Assembly (NCBI GenBank): GCA_963695555.1
Contig: CAVOGR010000001.1
Span: 928,001-992,000, forward strand
Source: an uncultured Gemmatimonadales bacterium
GTDB lineage: Bacteria > Gemmatimonadota > Gemmatimonadetes > Gemmatimonadales > GWC2-71-9
Length of the DNA stretch: 64,000 nucleotides
Direction of reading: 5' to 3'
This document shows, piece by piece, positions 9,308-19,718 of this stretch. The first letter of the stretch is position 1. Each line of letters opens with the position of its first letter. A program made the translations under genes and the position numbers. The notes beneath the pieces were generated by a model. It saw only the letters and a program-made list of their open reading frames with translations, made no database searches and had not been told where the DNA came from.

Positions 9308-11372
9308 CTACAGGCTCGCGAACCATGGCGCCAGCACGAGCGATACCACCGACATGAGCTTGATGAGAATATTCATGGACGGGCCGGACGTATCCTTGAA
9401 CGGGTCGCCCACGGTGTCACCGACGACGGCGGCCTTGTGCGGATCGGATCCCTTGCCGCCGTGTTCGCCGCTCTCGATGTACTTCTTGGCATTGTCCCAG
9501 GCGCCACCAGCGTTGGCCATGAACAGGGCCAGGAGCACCCCAGAAAGCGTGGCGCCGCCGAGCAGCCCACCCAGCGCTTGAACGCCGAGGAAATAGCCGA
9601 CCACGACCGGTGCGACGACCGCCGTCACGCCCGGCAGGATCATCTCTCGCAGTGCGGCGCGGGTCGAGATGTCGACGCAGCGTGCGCTGTCGGGTTTTCC
9701 TGTGCCTTCCATCAGGCCGGGGATTTCTCGGAACTGCCGTCGCACCTCTTCGACCATGCCCGCCGCGGCGCGTCCGACGGCGGTCATCGTCATGGCGCCG
9801 ATGGCGAACGGCAGCGTTCCACCGATGAAGAGGCCGATCACGACTATGGGGTTCACCAGGTCGAGCGACAACACCTCGCCGGGCGGGCTCACCGCGGTTG
9901 CGAACGCGGAGAACAAGGCCAGCGCGGTCAGTGCGGCGGACCCGATGGCAAAGCCCTTGCCCATCGCGGCCGTGGTATTCCCGAGGGCGTCGAGGCTGTC
10001 GGTGATCTTCCGGACCTCGGGACCCAGGTGGCTCATCTCCGAGATGCCGCCGGCGTTATCCGCCACCGGGCCGTAGGCGTCGACGCTCATGGTGACGCCG
10101 ACGGTGGCGAGCATCCCGACCGCCGCGATGGCAATGCCGTAGAGATCGGCCGACTGATAGGAGACGTAGATGGCCGCACAGATGAGCAGCAGGGGAATCA
10201 CCGCAGACTTGAGCCCCACCGCGAGGCCCGCGATGATGTTGGTCGCCGGGCCGGTGAGCGATGCTTCCGCGATATCGCGAATGGGCTTGGCGGCCGTGTA
10301 GTACTCGGTTGACGAGGCCGATCAGGATGCCCGCGACCGTGCCGGCAACCACGGCGTAGAAGGCACCGATGGCCGGCTTCGCGGCCATGCCGAGGGGTAG
10401 CTGCGTGGTCAGCCAGTATGCCGCCAGCATGAACAGCCCTGCCGCGATGAATGTCGTGAGCCTGAGCGCGTTGGCCGGTGACCCGCGCTCCAGCAGCTTC
10501 ATCGAGGCGATGCCGACGAGGGAGGCGGCCAGGCCCGCGAGGATCATCGTGATGGGCAGTGCCACCGCATTGGCCCGGTACTCGAGCGGAATCGCGGGAC
10601 TCGTCGCGGCCAGGGCGACCGTTGCGATGACCGCGCCCACGTAGCTCTCGAAGATGTCGGCGCCCATGCCGGCCACGTCACCGACGTTGTCACCCACGTT
10701 GTCGGCGATGGTGGCGGGATTCCGCGGATCGTCTTCGGGGATTCCCGCTTCCACCTTGCCGACCAAGTCGGCGCCGACGTCGGCGGCCTTGGTGTAGATG
10801 CCGCCTCCAACGCGGGCGAAGAGCGCGATCGAAGACGCCCCCATGGCGAATCCGCTGATGATCTCGCTGAAGTTCTTGAACATCTCGGCGCTCACGATGG
10901 CCTCGTCGAGCACGAGGTACGCCACGGTCCCGATTCCCAGCAGGCCGAGCGAGGCCACGGCCAGTCCCATCACGGCGCCGCCGTTGAAGGCGATCCGCAA
11001 CGCCTTGGCCTGTCCGCTGTCTCGGGCGGCTTCCGACGTGCGCACATTGGCCTTGGTCGCGGCCTTCATGCCGAAGAAGCCGGCACCGACGGAACACAAG
11101 CCGCCGAACACGTACGCCATGGCGGTGTTTCGCCCGACCGCGAGGCCGAGCAGCACCGCGACGATCAAGAGAAAGGGAAACAGCACCATGTACTCGCGTC
11201 TGAGGAACGCCATGGCCCCGGTCTCAATCGACCGGGCGAGGTCCTGCATGATCTCGGAACCAGCGGGCTGCCGCTTGATGTAGCCATAGATCAGCAGCGC
11301 GATGATGAGGCCCAGCAGGCCGCCCCCGGCGGCATACACGGCGTATTGCACGAGTTGAACGAGGTCGGTCAC
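9308..11372 (-). CDS. hppA: Membrane-bound K+-dependent (probably Na+-translocating) pyrophosphatase, split by a +1 frameshift at about 10309
   Basis: [45 protein letters not shown]. Removing one A in GTC-A-ACC restores GLVTEYYT and joins the two track ORFs. Confidence 0.93.
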
Positions 11373-11382
11373 AACTCCTCCG

Positions 11383-11949
11383 TCAGCGATTGAACGTGTT
11401 CATGGCTTCTTCCATACCATGGGCCAACCACAGGTCCACGGCCTCAGCCATCGGATCGAGCAGACCTTCGAGTGTCTCTTCCTCATCCGGCAGGAACGGG
11501 CTGAGCACGAAATCGGCGAGGTCGTCGACCTCGTCGGGCACCGGCCCGACCCCGATGCGCAGGCGCCCGTAGTCCTGCCGGAGCAGGGCGCCTTCGATGC
11601 TCTTCAGGCCGTTGTGACCTCCGGCGCTGCCTTGGCTTCGCAACCGGAACCGTCCGACTGGCAAGGCCACGTCATCCACCAGGATCAGCAACTCGCGGCT
11701 CGGTTCGAAGCCCGGATGCGCGCGGAGCGGGGCCAGGACCGCCCCGCTCCGGTTCATGTACGTCAGGGGTTTGATCAGACGGCATTCATGTCCGTGGCGC
11801 CGTGCCGTGCCCTGGCGTGCTCCTCCTCCTCGCGTGAGGGACCCCACACCCCACTGCTCGACCAGATGGTCGAGCAGGCGCCAGCCGGCGTTGTGCCGGG
11901 TTCGGGCGTATTCCGGCCCGGGGTTGCCGAGCCCCACGATGATACGCAG
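11383..11949 (-). CDS. pth: Peptidyl-tRNA hydrolase (probable CTG start)
   Basis: (M)RIIVGLGNPG..YARTRHNAG, KPLTYMNRSG, GGHNGLKSI. Confidence 0.95.
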   Translation of the reverse strand: MRIIVGLGNPGPEYARTRHNAGWRLLDHLVEQWGVGSLTRGGGARQGTARRHGHECRLIKPLTYMNRSGAVLAPLRAHPGFEPSRELLILVDDVALPVGRFRLRSQGSAGGHNGLKSIEGALLRQDYGRLRIGVGPVPDEVDDLADFVLSPFLPDEEETLEGLLDPMAEAVDLWLAHGMEEAMNTFNR

Positions 11950-11958
11950 CGGTCAGCT

Positions 11959-12645
11959 CTACGGCTCTTCTGTCTCTTCCTCGGGCTTTGGCTTCCGAAT
12001 CAGCTCGGGCTCGGGCGCGGCCTCGCCCTCCGCCACGACTTCAATGCCCTCCGCGGCCTCGACGGCTACCGGCTCCTCGATGGCCCTCGGCGCAACGACC
12101 GAGCAGACCGCGATATCCGGATCGTTCATGATCTCGACGTCGCCCAGTTGGATGTCACGTACGTAGAGGGCATCGCCGATGGTCAACGCCGTCACATCGA
12201 GATCGACCGATTTCGGGATGTCGCGCGGCAAGACCTTGATGTCCAGCTCCCGGAGCGCATGGTCGAGCACGCCGCCCTCGTTCCGGACGCCTTCCGCCGT
12301 TCCCACCAGGTGGATCGGTACGGAGAGCTCGATCTTCTCGCCGGCGTGGACCTCATACAAGTCGATGTGGAGGATGTGCTCGGGCCGCAACGGATTGCGC
12401 TGGAGTTCCCGGATCAACGTCTGTACCGGCTCGCCGCTGTCGATGGACACCTCGAACAGGGTGCTCGAGGAGCCGCCGCGGGCCAGCAGCCGCTGGAGCG
12501 CCGCGGCCTCGATCGTGATGGGCAGGGACTCCCGTCCGCGGCCATAGATGACGCCAGGCAATTGGCCGAGGCGTCGGAGCGATCGCGCCGCTCCCTTGCC
12601 ACTGCTCGTGCGGCGGGCTACGTCGAGTTGTGCGTTCTGCGACAT
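11959..12645 (-). CDS. rplY: 50S ribosomal protein L25/Ctc
   Basis: GKGAARSLRR..LPGVIYG, HIDLY, acidic tail. Confidence 0.96.
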   Translation of the reverse strand: MSQNAQLDVARRTSSGKGAARSLRRLGQLPGVIYGRGRESLPITIEAAALQRLLARGGSSSTLFEVSIDSGEPVQTLIRELQRNPLRPEHILHIDLYEVHAGEKIELSVPIHLVGTAEGVRNEGGVLDHALRELDIKVLPRDIPKSVDLDVTALTIGDALYVRDIQLGDVEIMNDPDIAVCSVVAPRAIEEPVAVEAAEGIEVVAEGEAAPEPELIRKPKPEEETEEP

Positions 12646-12661
12646 GATTCAGTCCTTCGTT

Positions 12662-13615
12662 TCAGTCGAAGAGTGAACTCACCGACTGATCGCTGTGGGT
12701 ATATCCAATCGCCTTAGCGAGGAGCCGCGCGATCGACAGCACCGTGATCCGATCGAACCTCCGCTCGGCCGGCAGCTGGATCGTGTTGGTCACCGCCACT
12801 TCCTTCACCGGGGACGCCGCGAGCCGGTCGATTGCCGGTCCGGACAGCAACGCGTGCGTCCCGCAGCAGTAGATGTCGCGGGCCCCCAGCCGCTTCAGCG
12901 CATGGATGGCCTCGGTCATCGTCCCGCCCGTATCAATCATGTCGTCGGGAATCAGGCAGTCCCGTCCCTCGACATTGCCTACCACATTCACGACTTCCGC
13001 AATGTTGGCCGAGGGCCGGCGCTTGTCGATGATCGCGATCGACGCGTTCAACCGGTTTGCGAACCCTCGGGCCATCTTGGCCCCGCCGACATCGGCCGCC
13101 ACCACCACCAGGTTCTTCAGCGCCTTCTGGCGGTAGTGACTGGTGAAGACCGGTGCCGCGTAGAGGTGGTCGACCGGAAGGTCGAAGAACCCCTGCAGCT
13201 GGTGCTGGTGAAAATCCATGGCCAGCACCCGGTCGGCCCCTGCCCGAGTGATCATGTTGGCCATGAGCTTCGCGCTGATGGCCACGCGGGGCTGATCCTT
13301 CCGATCCTGCCGGGCGTACCCAAAGTACGGGATGACCGCCGTGATCCGTGCCGCGCTTGCCCGCCGGGCCGCGTCAATCAGGAGCAGCAGCTCCATCATG
13401 TTCTCGGCCGGCGGATTGGTGGGCTGGATGATGAAGACATCCTTCCCACGCACATTCTCGTCGATCTTGACGAAAATCTCGCCGTCCGAAAAGCGCTTGA
13501 TGGTGAGCCGGCACAGCAACTCACCCAAGTGACTTGCCACCTCCTCAGCGAGGGGACGGTTGGCCGTTCCGCTCATGAGAAGCATTCGGCTCTGGGACAG
13601 CGAGATGTCCGCCAT
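12662..13615 (-). CDS. prs: Ribose-phosphate pyrophosphokinase
   Basis: FSDGEI, PYFGYARQDRK, DDMIDTGGT. Confidence 0.98.
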   Translation of the reverse strand: MADISLSQSRMLLMSGTANRPLAEEVASHLGELLCRLTIKRFSDGEIFVKIDENVRGKDVFIIQPTNPPAENMMELLLLIDAARRASAARITAVIPYFGYARQDRKDQPRVAISAKLMANMITRAGADRVLAMDFHQHQLQGFFDLPVDHLYAAPVFTSHYRQKALKNLVVVAADVGGAKMARGFANRLNASIAIIDKRRPSANIAEVVNVVGNVEGRDCLIPDDMIDTGGTMTEAIHALKRLGARDIYCCGTHALLSGPAIDRLAASPVKEVAVTNTIQLPAERRFDRITVLSIARLLAKAIGYTHSDQSVSSLFD

Positions 13616-13693
13616 GAGATAGCCTAGAAAGCTAGCGACCCGTTGCGTCGAGCGTCAACCGCCGCGACCGACCAAAGCCCGGGACGGTGGACA

Positions 13694-13764
13694 TTGGCCC
13701 TGGTGGATTCGAACCACCATTCTCAGATCCAAAATCTGATGTCCTGCCATTGGACGAAGGGCCA
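13694..13764 (-). tRNA. tRNA-Gln(TTG)
   Basis: TGGCCCT...TCAGA-TTTTGGA-TCTGA...GGTTCGAATCC...AGGGCCAA cloverleaf; CCA not encoded. Confidence 0.96.
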
Positions 13765-13843
13765 GCGAAAACCGTGTAGAACGTAACCCATCCCGCTGGC
13801 GGGGTAAACGGTCCCGGCCGTCCCCGGGCCCGCCGGGGCAGGA

Positions 13844-14749
13844 TCACTCGTTCGATAGCGGTTCGGGGCCCAAGGACGGCGCGGATAGGGTCCGGACAGG
13901 GGTCACGGTGCCGTGACGCCGACCCAGCACCGAGCGGGCGTCATCGCGGTCCCGCTCGTTTCGGAACAGACCGAAAATCGTGGCCCCCGATCCGCTGAGA
14001 CGGCACGTCAGGGGCCGAGTTTCCGCCAGCGCCCGGAACGCGTCACCGAGCTCCGGCCGGCGCCCGAACACCGCGGATTCGAAGTCGTTACCCGCCATGC
14101 GGGCCACATCGCCCCAGGTCGAGAGCGCGTCCAGCGTCAGGGCGATGGCGCCCCGCCGTCCTGTGTCGGCGCGGACCTGGTCCACCCAGCCATAGGCGTC
14201 TCTGGTCCGGATGCCGGTTGGAGACGACACGAGCAGCCCCGGACAGGCCGGGAGCGGGGGCAAGGACAACAGCCGCTCACCCCGGCCCCAGCCGATCGCC
14301 AGCGGGGTGCGGGTCAGGAAGAAGGGGACATCGCTCCCGAGCCGGGCGGCGAATTGCAGGAGTTCGTGCTGCGGCACGGCCCCGCCCGCCAGCGCATTGG
14401 CTGCCAGGAGTGCCGCGGCGGCATCACTCGACCCCCCGCCCAACCCAGCGGCGACGGGAATGCGTTTGGTGAGGCGAAGCTCAATGCCAAACCGGTTGCC
14501 CGTGGCAGCCAACACCATGTTGGCTGCGCGGACGGCCAGGTTCTCGTTTGCCGGTCCGGTGTCGGGTCCTTCCACCTCCAGGGCCACGCGACCAGGCGCC
14601 CCGCCACGTGCCACCACGACCTCATCCGCCAGGTCGACGAGACAGAGGAGCGTTTCGACCGCGTGGAAACCGTCGTCTTCCTTGGCCAGTACCCGAAGGA
14701 ACAGATTGACCTTCGCGTGCGCGGCAATCCGGAAGGCGCGATCGGTCAC
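13844..14749 (-). CDS. ispE: 4-diphosphocytidyl-2-C-methyl-D-erythritol kinase
   Basis: AKVNLFL, KRIPVAAGLGGGSSDAA, GSDVPFF, LSGSG. Confidence 0.96.
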   Translation of the reverse strand: MTDRAFRIAAHAKVNLFLRVLAKEDDGFHAVETLLCLVDLADEVVVARGGAPGRVALEVEGPDTGPANENLAVRAANMVLAATGNRFGIELRLTKRIPVAAGLGGGSSDAAAALLAANALAGGAVPQHELLQFAARLGSDVPFFLTRTPLAIGWGRGERLLSLPPLPACPGLLVSSPTGIRTRDAYGWVDQVRADTGRRGAIALTLDALSTWGDVARMAGNDFESAVFGRRPELGDAFRALAETRPLTCRLSGSGATIFGLFRNERDRDDARSVLGRRHGTVTPVRTLSAPSLGPEPLSNE

Positions 14750-15777
14750 TCGCTCGCTCGGGCGTCCTGGCGCAGGTGCCCAAGGCTCATGCCGGTCAGC
14801 GCGAAGGACCAGAGACCGAGCACGGTGATGGGAATGAAGGTGGTGACGTGATACGTCAGGGCGAACGACAGGGACTGATCGGGTGGGATGCCGTAGAGGG
14901 AGAGCACGACCCGGATCACCGCCTCAAACGCGCCAACGAATCCCGGGGCCAGCGGGACCGCAATGCCAAAGACCAATACACCCTGGAGCAGCAGGGCTCC
15001 GGCGAAATTGACCGGCAGGTTGAAGACGGCGAATCCCACATAGAACGCAAGGCCGTTCAAGAGCCAAATCCCGACCGACCACGCAGCCACGCCAAGGAAC
15101 CGACCCGGACTCCGTAGCGCGGACATGCCCTGGCGCAGGCCCTCGATGACCGAATTGATCCGGTCGGCCAGCCCCTTGGCGCGGATCAGGCGGTGCACCA
15201 GCCGTTCGGCGGCCAGTGGAAAGGCCACCACCAGACCTGCCGCGACCAGGGCGAGCGCCGAGAGGATGCCCGCTGCCATCGCCGCGCGGGTGATGGACAC
15301 TCCCGAGATCGTGACGTCCGCCGGCATGCCCGGAAGGAACAGCGCGACGGTCAGGAGAAACACCACCGCCAGGCTGTCGAAAACCCGTTCGACCGCGATG
15401 GATGAGAGCGCGGCGGTCAGTCGGGCCGAGGCCAGCCTGCTCGCAGCGTAGGTTCGGAGTAGTTCGCCGGCGCGAAAAGGAAGCAGGTTGTTGGCGGCGA
15501 ACCCGATGGCAACCGCATGCCACAATGGCTTGTAGGGGTAGGGGCCACCGTCCGGACGGCGCAGCAACAGGCGCCAACGCAACAGCCTTGCGGGAAAGGT
15601 CAGGGTGGCGAGTACGACGCTGCCGATGAGTGGGAGGATTCGCGCACCGCGCACGTTGGCCATGAACTGGTCCAAGTGCACGCCTTTGACCGCCCACGCC
15701 AAGAGCGCGAGCGAAATCACCACAGCCAGAGCCAGCCGCCAGATCGGAGGCCTGGTCGGCGTTGGGACCTCAGTCAT
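14746..15777 (-). CDS. Lysylphosphatidylglycerol-synthase-TM/flippase-like membrane protein
   Basis: RWRLLL, NNLLPFRAGELLR, ERVFD, PGFVGAFE. Confidence 0.85.
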   Translation of the reverse strand: MTEVPTPTRPPIWRLALAVVISLALLAWAVKGVHLDQFMANVRGARILPLIGSVVLATLTFPARLLRWRLLLRRPDGGPYPYKPLWHAVAIGFAANNLLPFRAGELLRTYAASRLASARLTAALSSIAVERVFDSLAVVFLLTVALFLPGMPADVTISGVSITRAAMAAGILSALALVAAGLVVAFPLAAERLVHRLIRAKGLADRINSVIEGLRQGMSALRSPGRFLGVAAWSVGIWLLNGLAFYVGFAVFNLPVNFAGALLLQGVLVFGIAVPLAPGFVGAFEAVIRVVLSLYGIPPDQSLSFALTYHVTTFIPITVLGLWSFALTGMSLGHLRQDARASE

Positions 15778-15801
15778 GTGGCGCCGGCTGGGCCAGGCAC
15801 G

Positions 15802-17469
15802 CTAGGACGCGACTCCGCGCGCCAGCGGCACGAGGTCGAGCAACTCCTCGACCAGGGGCTTGACCGATTCCCACGCGTCATTCTTGGCGAGAAGCCCTTG
15901 GATCTGCTCCCGGACCAACGTGGCACGGTCGAGCGCTCCGGGTCCTGTGTAGAGCAGCGTCGAGATCGGAACGACCTCCTCGCCCACCGCGCTCGAGGAG
16001 GGGCGGGCGGTTGGCCGATCAAGGAAAGCCTCGAGAGACGGCTCGACCCCGGGGGTCTGTTGCATCAGCCGTGCAAAGGTCACGAAGCTCGTGGCCAAGT
16101 CACTTCGCATGGCGGGCACATCCTCCGCCGGGCCCGGAACGTCCTCCTCCGTGTCCGGAGCAAGCGCGCTGATCGGCACGATCTCGCCTGGCGGTGCGGC
16201 GGGTGGTGCTGTGGGCTCGAGGGTGGCGAGACGCGAGGTGAGGGCCGCGAGCCGTTCGAGTTGCGCCGCATCCGGCACCCCCTCGTGATGGTCGCGGAGC
16301 AGGTGGCCGGCCTCGTCGAGCACCGCCGCAAAGGCATCCAGCGTGGCGCCCGCGCGCCCGCGGGCGATGTGGGACCGTGCGGCCGCACCGAAGTCCCGGA
16401 GGGCGCCGCCAAATGCCGCGCTCGACGTCTGGCTCAAGGCGCGCAGCGAGCCGAACACGCTGAAGAGCCTGAGCTCCCGCTCGATGTTCGAGCCGGCAGT
16501 TCCGAGCTCGTGGGCGATTGCCAGGAGGTGGTCGGCGTGGCCGGTGACTTCCATGGCGCTCAGCGACTCGCCCCGCCCACTGGCACGGCCGGTGCCACGC
16601 TCTACCACGCAGGGCTCGCCATCTTCCGGCGCCAGCGTGGCGATCGGGACCACATCCTCCTCTGCCACGAATGCCCGGAGGAGCAGGTCGGCAAAGCGAC
16701 GCCCCTCTTCGGACTCGCTGGCCGTTCGCCCGGTGCCTGCGACATCGCGCGAAATGCGGGTTACCGCACGTGCGGCGGCATCGAACACGTCGGCGATGCC
16801 GGGTGGTGGGGCGTAGGCTCGGTCGAGCTCGGTACACGCGAGCTCGATCCCATCCAGGATCTCAGGCAGGGGAGGCAGCTCGCCGAGTTCGGCCAGGCCG
16901 CGCAACGACTGCAGACGACGGATCACCGTGTTGACCGGGTCTTTGGCCCTGGCCTCGACCCGAAGCGCATTGGCAGCGCGGTCGAGCGCGCTGGCGATCA
17001 AGGCCCCTTCACGAGCCACGAATGCACGGACTCCGGTGCTCATTGCGAGCGGACCGGCTTCTCGGCTTGCGTCGGGTTGAGGCGTGCTGAATGCCGCCGG
17101 TATCCCGCCGACCTCTTCCAGGGCTTGCCCCACGCGGTGCGCCCGGCTCCGGTGCTCCTCTGCCCAGTTGCCCGCGGCACGGACCAGGAGCTTGAGGTCC
17201 TCGATCGCTTGCCCGGTTACCTCACGGACGGCTGGGCCCCATTTGAGCGTTCCCTCGCGGTACTGCCGGGCGACCGATTCGAGGCCGGCGGCGGCGTGGG
17301 CGATGTCGCTTTGCTTCGCCATGAGGGCCGAGCCGCGCAGGGCCCGGCTGAACCGCATGAACTCGTCCGGGGCCGGCCCGTCGGGCTTGGCGATCTGGGT
17401 GCCCAGCCGCTCGAGGTACTCCCCGGCCTCGAGGGCGAAGAACTCCGCGGCGCCGAGGGAAGGTGTCAT
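15802..17469 (-). CDS. Hypothetical all-helical protein with tandem degenerate Hpt-like domains
   Basis: FFALEAGEYLERL...RALRGSALMA; second unit FVAREGALI...QSLRGLA; repeated VVPIxxL linkers. Confidence 0.7.
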   Translation of the reverse strand: MTPSLGAAEFFALEAGEYLERLGTQIAKPDGPAPDEFMRFSRALRGSALMAKQSDIAHAAAGLESVARQYREGTLKWGPAVREVTGQAIEDLKLLVRAAGNWAEEHRSRAHRVGQALEEVGGIPAAFSTPQPDASREAGPLAMSTGVRAFVAREGALIASALDRAANALRVEARAKDPVNTVIRRLQSLRGLAELGELPPLPEILDGIELACTELDRAYAPPPGIADVFDAAARAVTRISRDVAGTGRTASESEEGRRFADLLLRAFVAEEDVVPIATLAPEDGEPCVVERGTGRASGRGESLSAMEVTGHADHLLAIAHELGTAGSNIERELRLFSVFGSLRALSQTSSAAFGGALRDFGAAARSHIARGRAGATLDAFAAVLDEAGHLLRDHHEGVPDAAQLERLAALTSRLATLEPTAPPAAPPGEIVPISALAPDTEEDVPGPAEDVPAMRSDLATSFVTFARLMQQTPGVEPSLEAFLDRPTARPSSSAVGEEVVPISTLLYTGPGALDRATLVREQIQGLLAKNDAWESVKPLVEELLDLVPLARGVAS

Positions 17470-17564
17470 GCGGCCTCGAGGGGGGTGACGGGGAACGGGT
17501 CCGATACGCTCATAAAGTACACCGCGCCACGCGTGGTGAGAACGGCCCGGCGTTCACTGGGCGG

Positions 17565-18281
17565 CTACGCGCTGTGCATGAGTCGGGCCATGTCCTCCAC
17601 GGCCGACCGCATGCCGGTAAAGATCGCGCGGCTCACAATACTGTGGCCGATGTTGAGCTCCTCGATTTCGGGAATCCGTGCGACGGGTTGCACATTGCGG
17701 TACGTGAGTCCGTGACCGGCGTGCACGGCCAGTCCCAGGGCTCTCGCGTAACGGGCGGCGTGCTGCAGTTCCTCGAGCGCTGCCGGACTCTGCTGCCAGG
17801 TATTGGCGTAGCGTCCGGTGTGCAGTTCGACGGCGGGGACCCGGAGCGACTTCGCCGCTTCGATTTGCACTTCTTCCGGATCGATGAACAGGCTGAGGCG
17901 GCACCCCGCGGCGGCGAGACGGTCGATGGTAGCCTGGAGACGGCTGGGGTCCCTGGTCAAATCGAGACCGCCCTCAGTGGTAATTTCTTCGCGTCGTTCG
18001 GGGACGAGCGTGGCTTGATACGGCCGGAGGCGGCACGCCAGGGCGACCACCACCTCGCTGCTCGCGAGCTCGAGATTGAGGACCCGCCCGCGCTCCGACA
18101 ACGCAATCACATCCCGATCCTGGATGTGCCGCCGGTCTTCGCGCAGGTGGACCGTGATGCCGTCTGCTCCGCCGGCTTCGCATTCTGCAGCGGCGAGTGC
18201 GGGGTCGGGCTCATCGGCGCGTCGCGCCTCGCGAACCGTCGCGACGTGGTCGATATTCACATACAGTCGTGTTGGAGTCAT
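17565..18281 (-). CDS. pdxJ: Pyridoxine 5'-phosphate synthase
   Basis: VNIDHVATVR, ITVHLREDRRHI, TTEGG, HAGHGL, ELNIGH. Confidence 0.98.
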   Translation of the reverse strand: MTPTRLYVNIDHVATVREARRADEPDPALAAAECEAGGADGITVHLREDRRHIQDRDVIALSERGRVLNLELASSEVVVALACRLRPYQATLVPERREEITTEGGLDLTRDPSRLQATIDRLAAAGCRLSLFIDPEEVQIEAAKSLRVPAVELHTGRYANTWQQSPAALEELQHAARYARALGLAVHAGHGLTYRNVQPVARIPEIEELNIGHSIVSRAIFTGMRSAVEDMARLMHSA

Positions 18282-18338
18282 TGATCCGACTCTCCCCCCG
18301 GTTTACTTTCGACGTCGGCCACCACCCACGAGGTTCCT

Positions 18339-18776
18339 TTGAGTCAGCGCTGGATTTTTGCCGCCCTCACCCTTGTCATCGGATGTGGGCAGGGCTCGGT
18401 GCAGGTTCCGCCCAGCCCCAATCCCGAATCAGCCGTCGAGACGTTCATGCAGAGCGTCAGCGACAGCAACCTGGCGATGATGTCCCAATACTGGGGCACG
18501 ACCAAGGGCTCGGCTGCCGAGACGAACGACCCGTCCGACTACCTCAAACGGATCGAGGTGATGCGGGTGTATCTGCGTCACGACTCGTTCAAGATTACGT
18601 CCAATCGGGCGAGTCAACAGGGCGACGACATTCGGGACCTCACGGTCGAAATCCGGCGAGACTCGTGCGTGCGCCAGGTGCCGTTCCAGGTCGTCCGGAC
18701 CGGCGCACGTCGATGGATCATCCGCAATATTGATCTCACGGCAATAGGCAACCCTATCGCGCCGTGTCGGGAGTAG
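18339..18776 (+). CDS. Hypothetical lipoprotein
   Basis: Lipobox VIGC after a hydrophobic stretch; TTG start with GAGG upstream. Confidence 0.7.
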   Translation: MSQRWIFAALTLVIGCGQGSVQVPPSPNPESAVETFMQSVSDSNLAMMSQYWGTTKGSAAETNDPSDYLKRIEVMRVYLRHDSFKITSNRASQQGDDIRDLTVEIRRDSCVRQVPFQVVRTGARRWIIRNIDLTAIGNPIAPCRE

Positions 18777-18828
18777 CGTGCGTCGGTCGAGGGCCTGGCC
18801 GGGAACTTTCCGCGTCCACCGGTGTTCC

Positions 18829-19224
18829 TTACTCAGTTAGCTCGAGCAGGATGCCGGCGGTGGACTTCGGGTGCACGAACGCGATCCGGCGACCGCCGGC
18901 CCCGCGCCTGGGGACCTCATCGATGAGCTGGTATCCCTGTGCCCGGCACGCCTCGAGCGTCTGATCGAGGTCACGTACGCGGTAGCAAATATGATGGATA
19001 CCGGGTCCGCGTCGCGCCAGAAACTTTGCGATGGGCCCATCGGGAGTCTTGGGAGCGAGGAGCTCGACGTGGGAGTCGCCGAACGCAAGCGACGCGATCA
19101 TGGCGCCGTCCGCCTCCTCCTGTGGAAGGGGAGCAAGCCCGAGGATGTCGCGATAGAAGCTCAACGCAGCTTCGAGATCGGGTACGGCAACCCCAACGTG
19201 GGCGATGCGAGCGGAATCCGACAC
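18829..19224 (-). CDS. mce: Methylmalonyl-CoA epimerase (VOC family)
   Basis: HVGVAV, VELL, GPGIHHI, AFVHPKSTAGILLEL; GTG start with GAGG. Confidence 0.9.
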   Translation of the reverse strand: MSDSARIAHVGVAVPDLEAALSFYRDILGLAPLPQEEADGAMIASLAFGDSHVELLAPKTPDGPIAKFLARRGPGIHHICYRVRDLDQTLEACRAQGYQLIDEVPRRGAGGRRIAFVHPKSTAGILLELTE

Positions 19225-19334
19225 GGCTACCTCGTGGGAGTGTAAGTGGGTCTCGCGTCGACCGTAGAAAGTAACCAGCACGGTGGCATCTGGTGAGCCC
19301 CGTCGGATCGAGAAAATCGAAAAATGAGGAACAC

Positions 19335-19673
19335 ATGAGCACAGCATCGAGCGCGCCGGTCGCCGTCACGGATGATTCATTTGCCGGGGATGTCGAACAG
19401 GCATCGGGATTGGTCCTGGTTGATTTCTGGGCCACCTGGTGCGGACCCTGCCAAGTCATTGCTCCGATCCTGAACCAGTTGGCGGGAGAGTACGCGGGCA
19501 AGGTCAAAGTGACGAAACTCGACGTCGACGCCAATCAGCGCACGGCCATGCGGTTCAATGTCCGGTCCATCCCGAGCGTGTTGTACTTCCGGGATGGGAA
19601 TCACGTGGACACGGTGGTCGGAGCGGTCCCCAAGTCGGTGTTGGAAGGCAAGATCAAGGAGCATCTCTCCTAG
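19335..19673 (+). CDS. trxA: Thioredoxin
   Basis: VDFWATWCGPC, VRSIP. Confidence 0.97.
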   Translation: MSTASSAPVAVTDDSFAGDVEQASGLVLVDFWATWCGPCQVIAPILNQLAGEYAGKVKVTKLDVDANQRTAMRFNVRSIPSVLYFRDGNHVDTVVGAVPKSVLEGKIKEHLS

Positions 19674-19687
19674 CCCGCGTCCCATAC

Positions 19688-19710
19688 GGGGCCGCCCTCG
19701 AGGGCGGCCC
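19688..19710 (+). terminator. Hairpin after trxA
   Basis: GGGCCGCCCTCGAGGGCGGCCC perfect inverted repeat. Confidence 0.55.
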
Positions 19711-19718
19711 CCGGTCCA

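Noticed and set aside
10295..10325. Programmed frameshift in hppA
   Set aside because: No slippery heptamer or homopolymer run, and no precedent that I know of in this family.
15517..17715. Long antisense or alternate-frame ORFs (e.g. 732 aa here, 22713-24266, 53081-54571, 5' part of 5029-6267)
   Set aside because: Shadow ORFs expected at high GC; they overlap well-supported genes and lack recognisable motifs.
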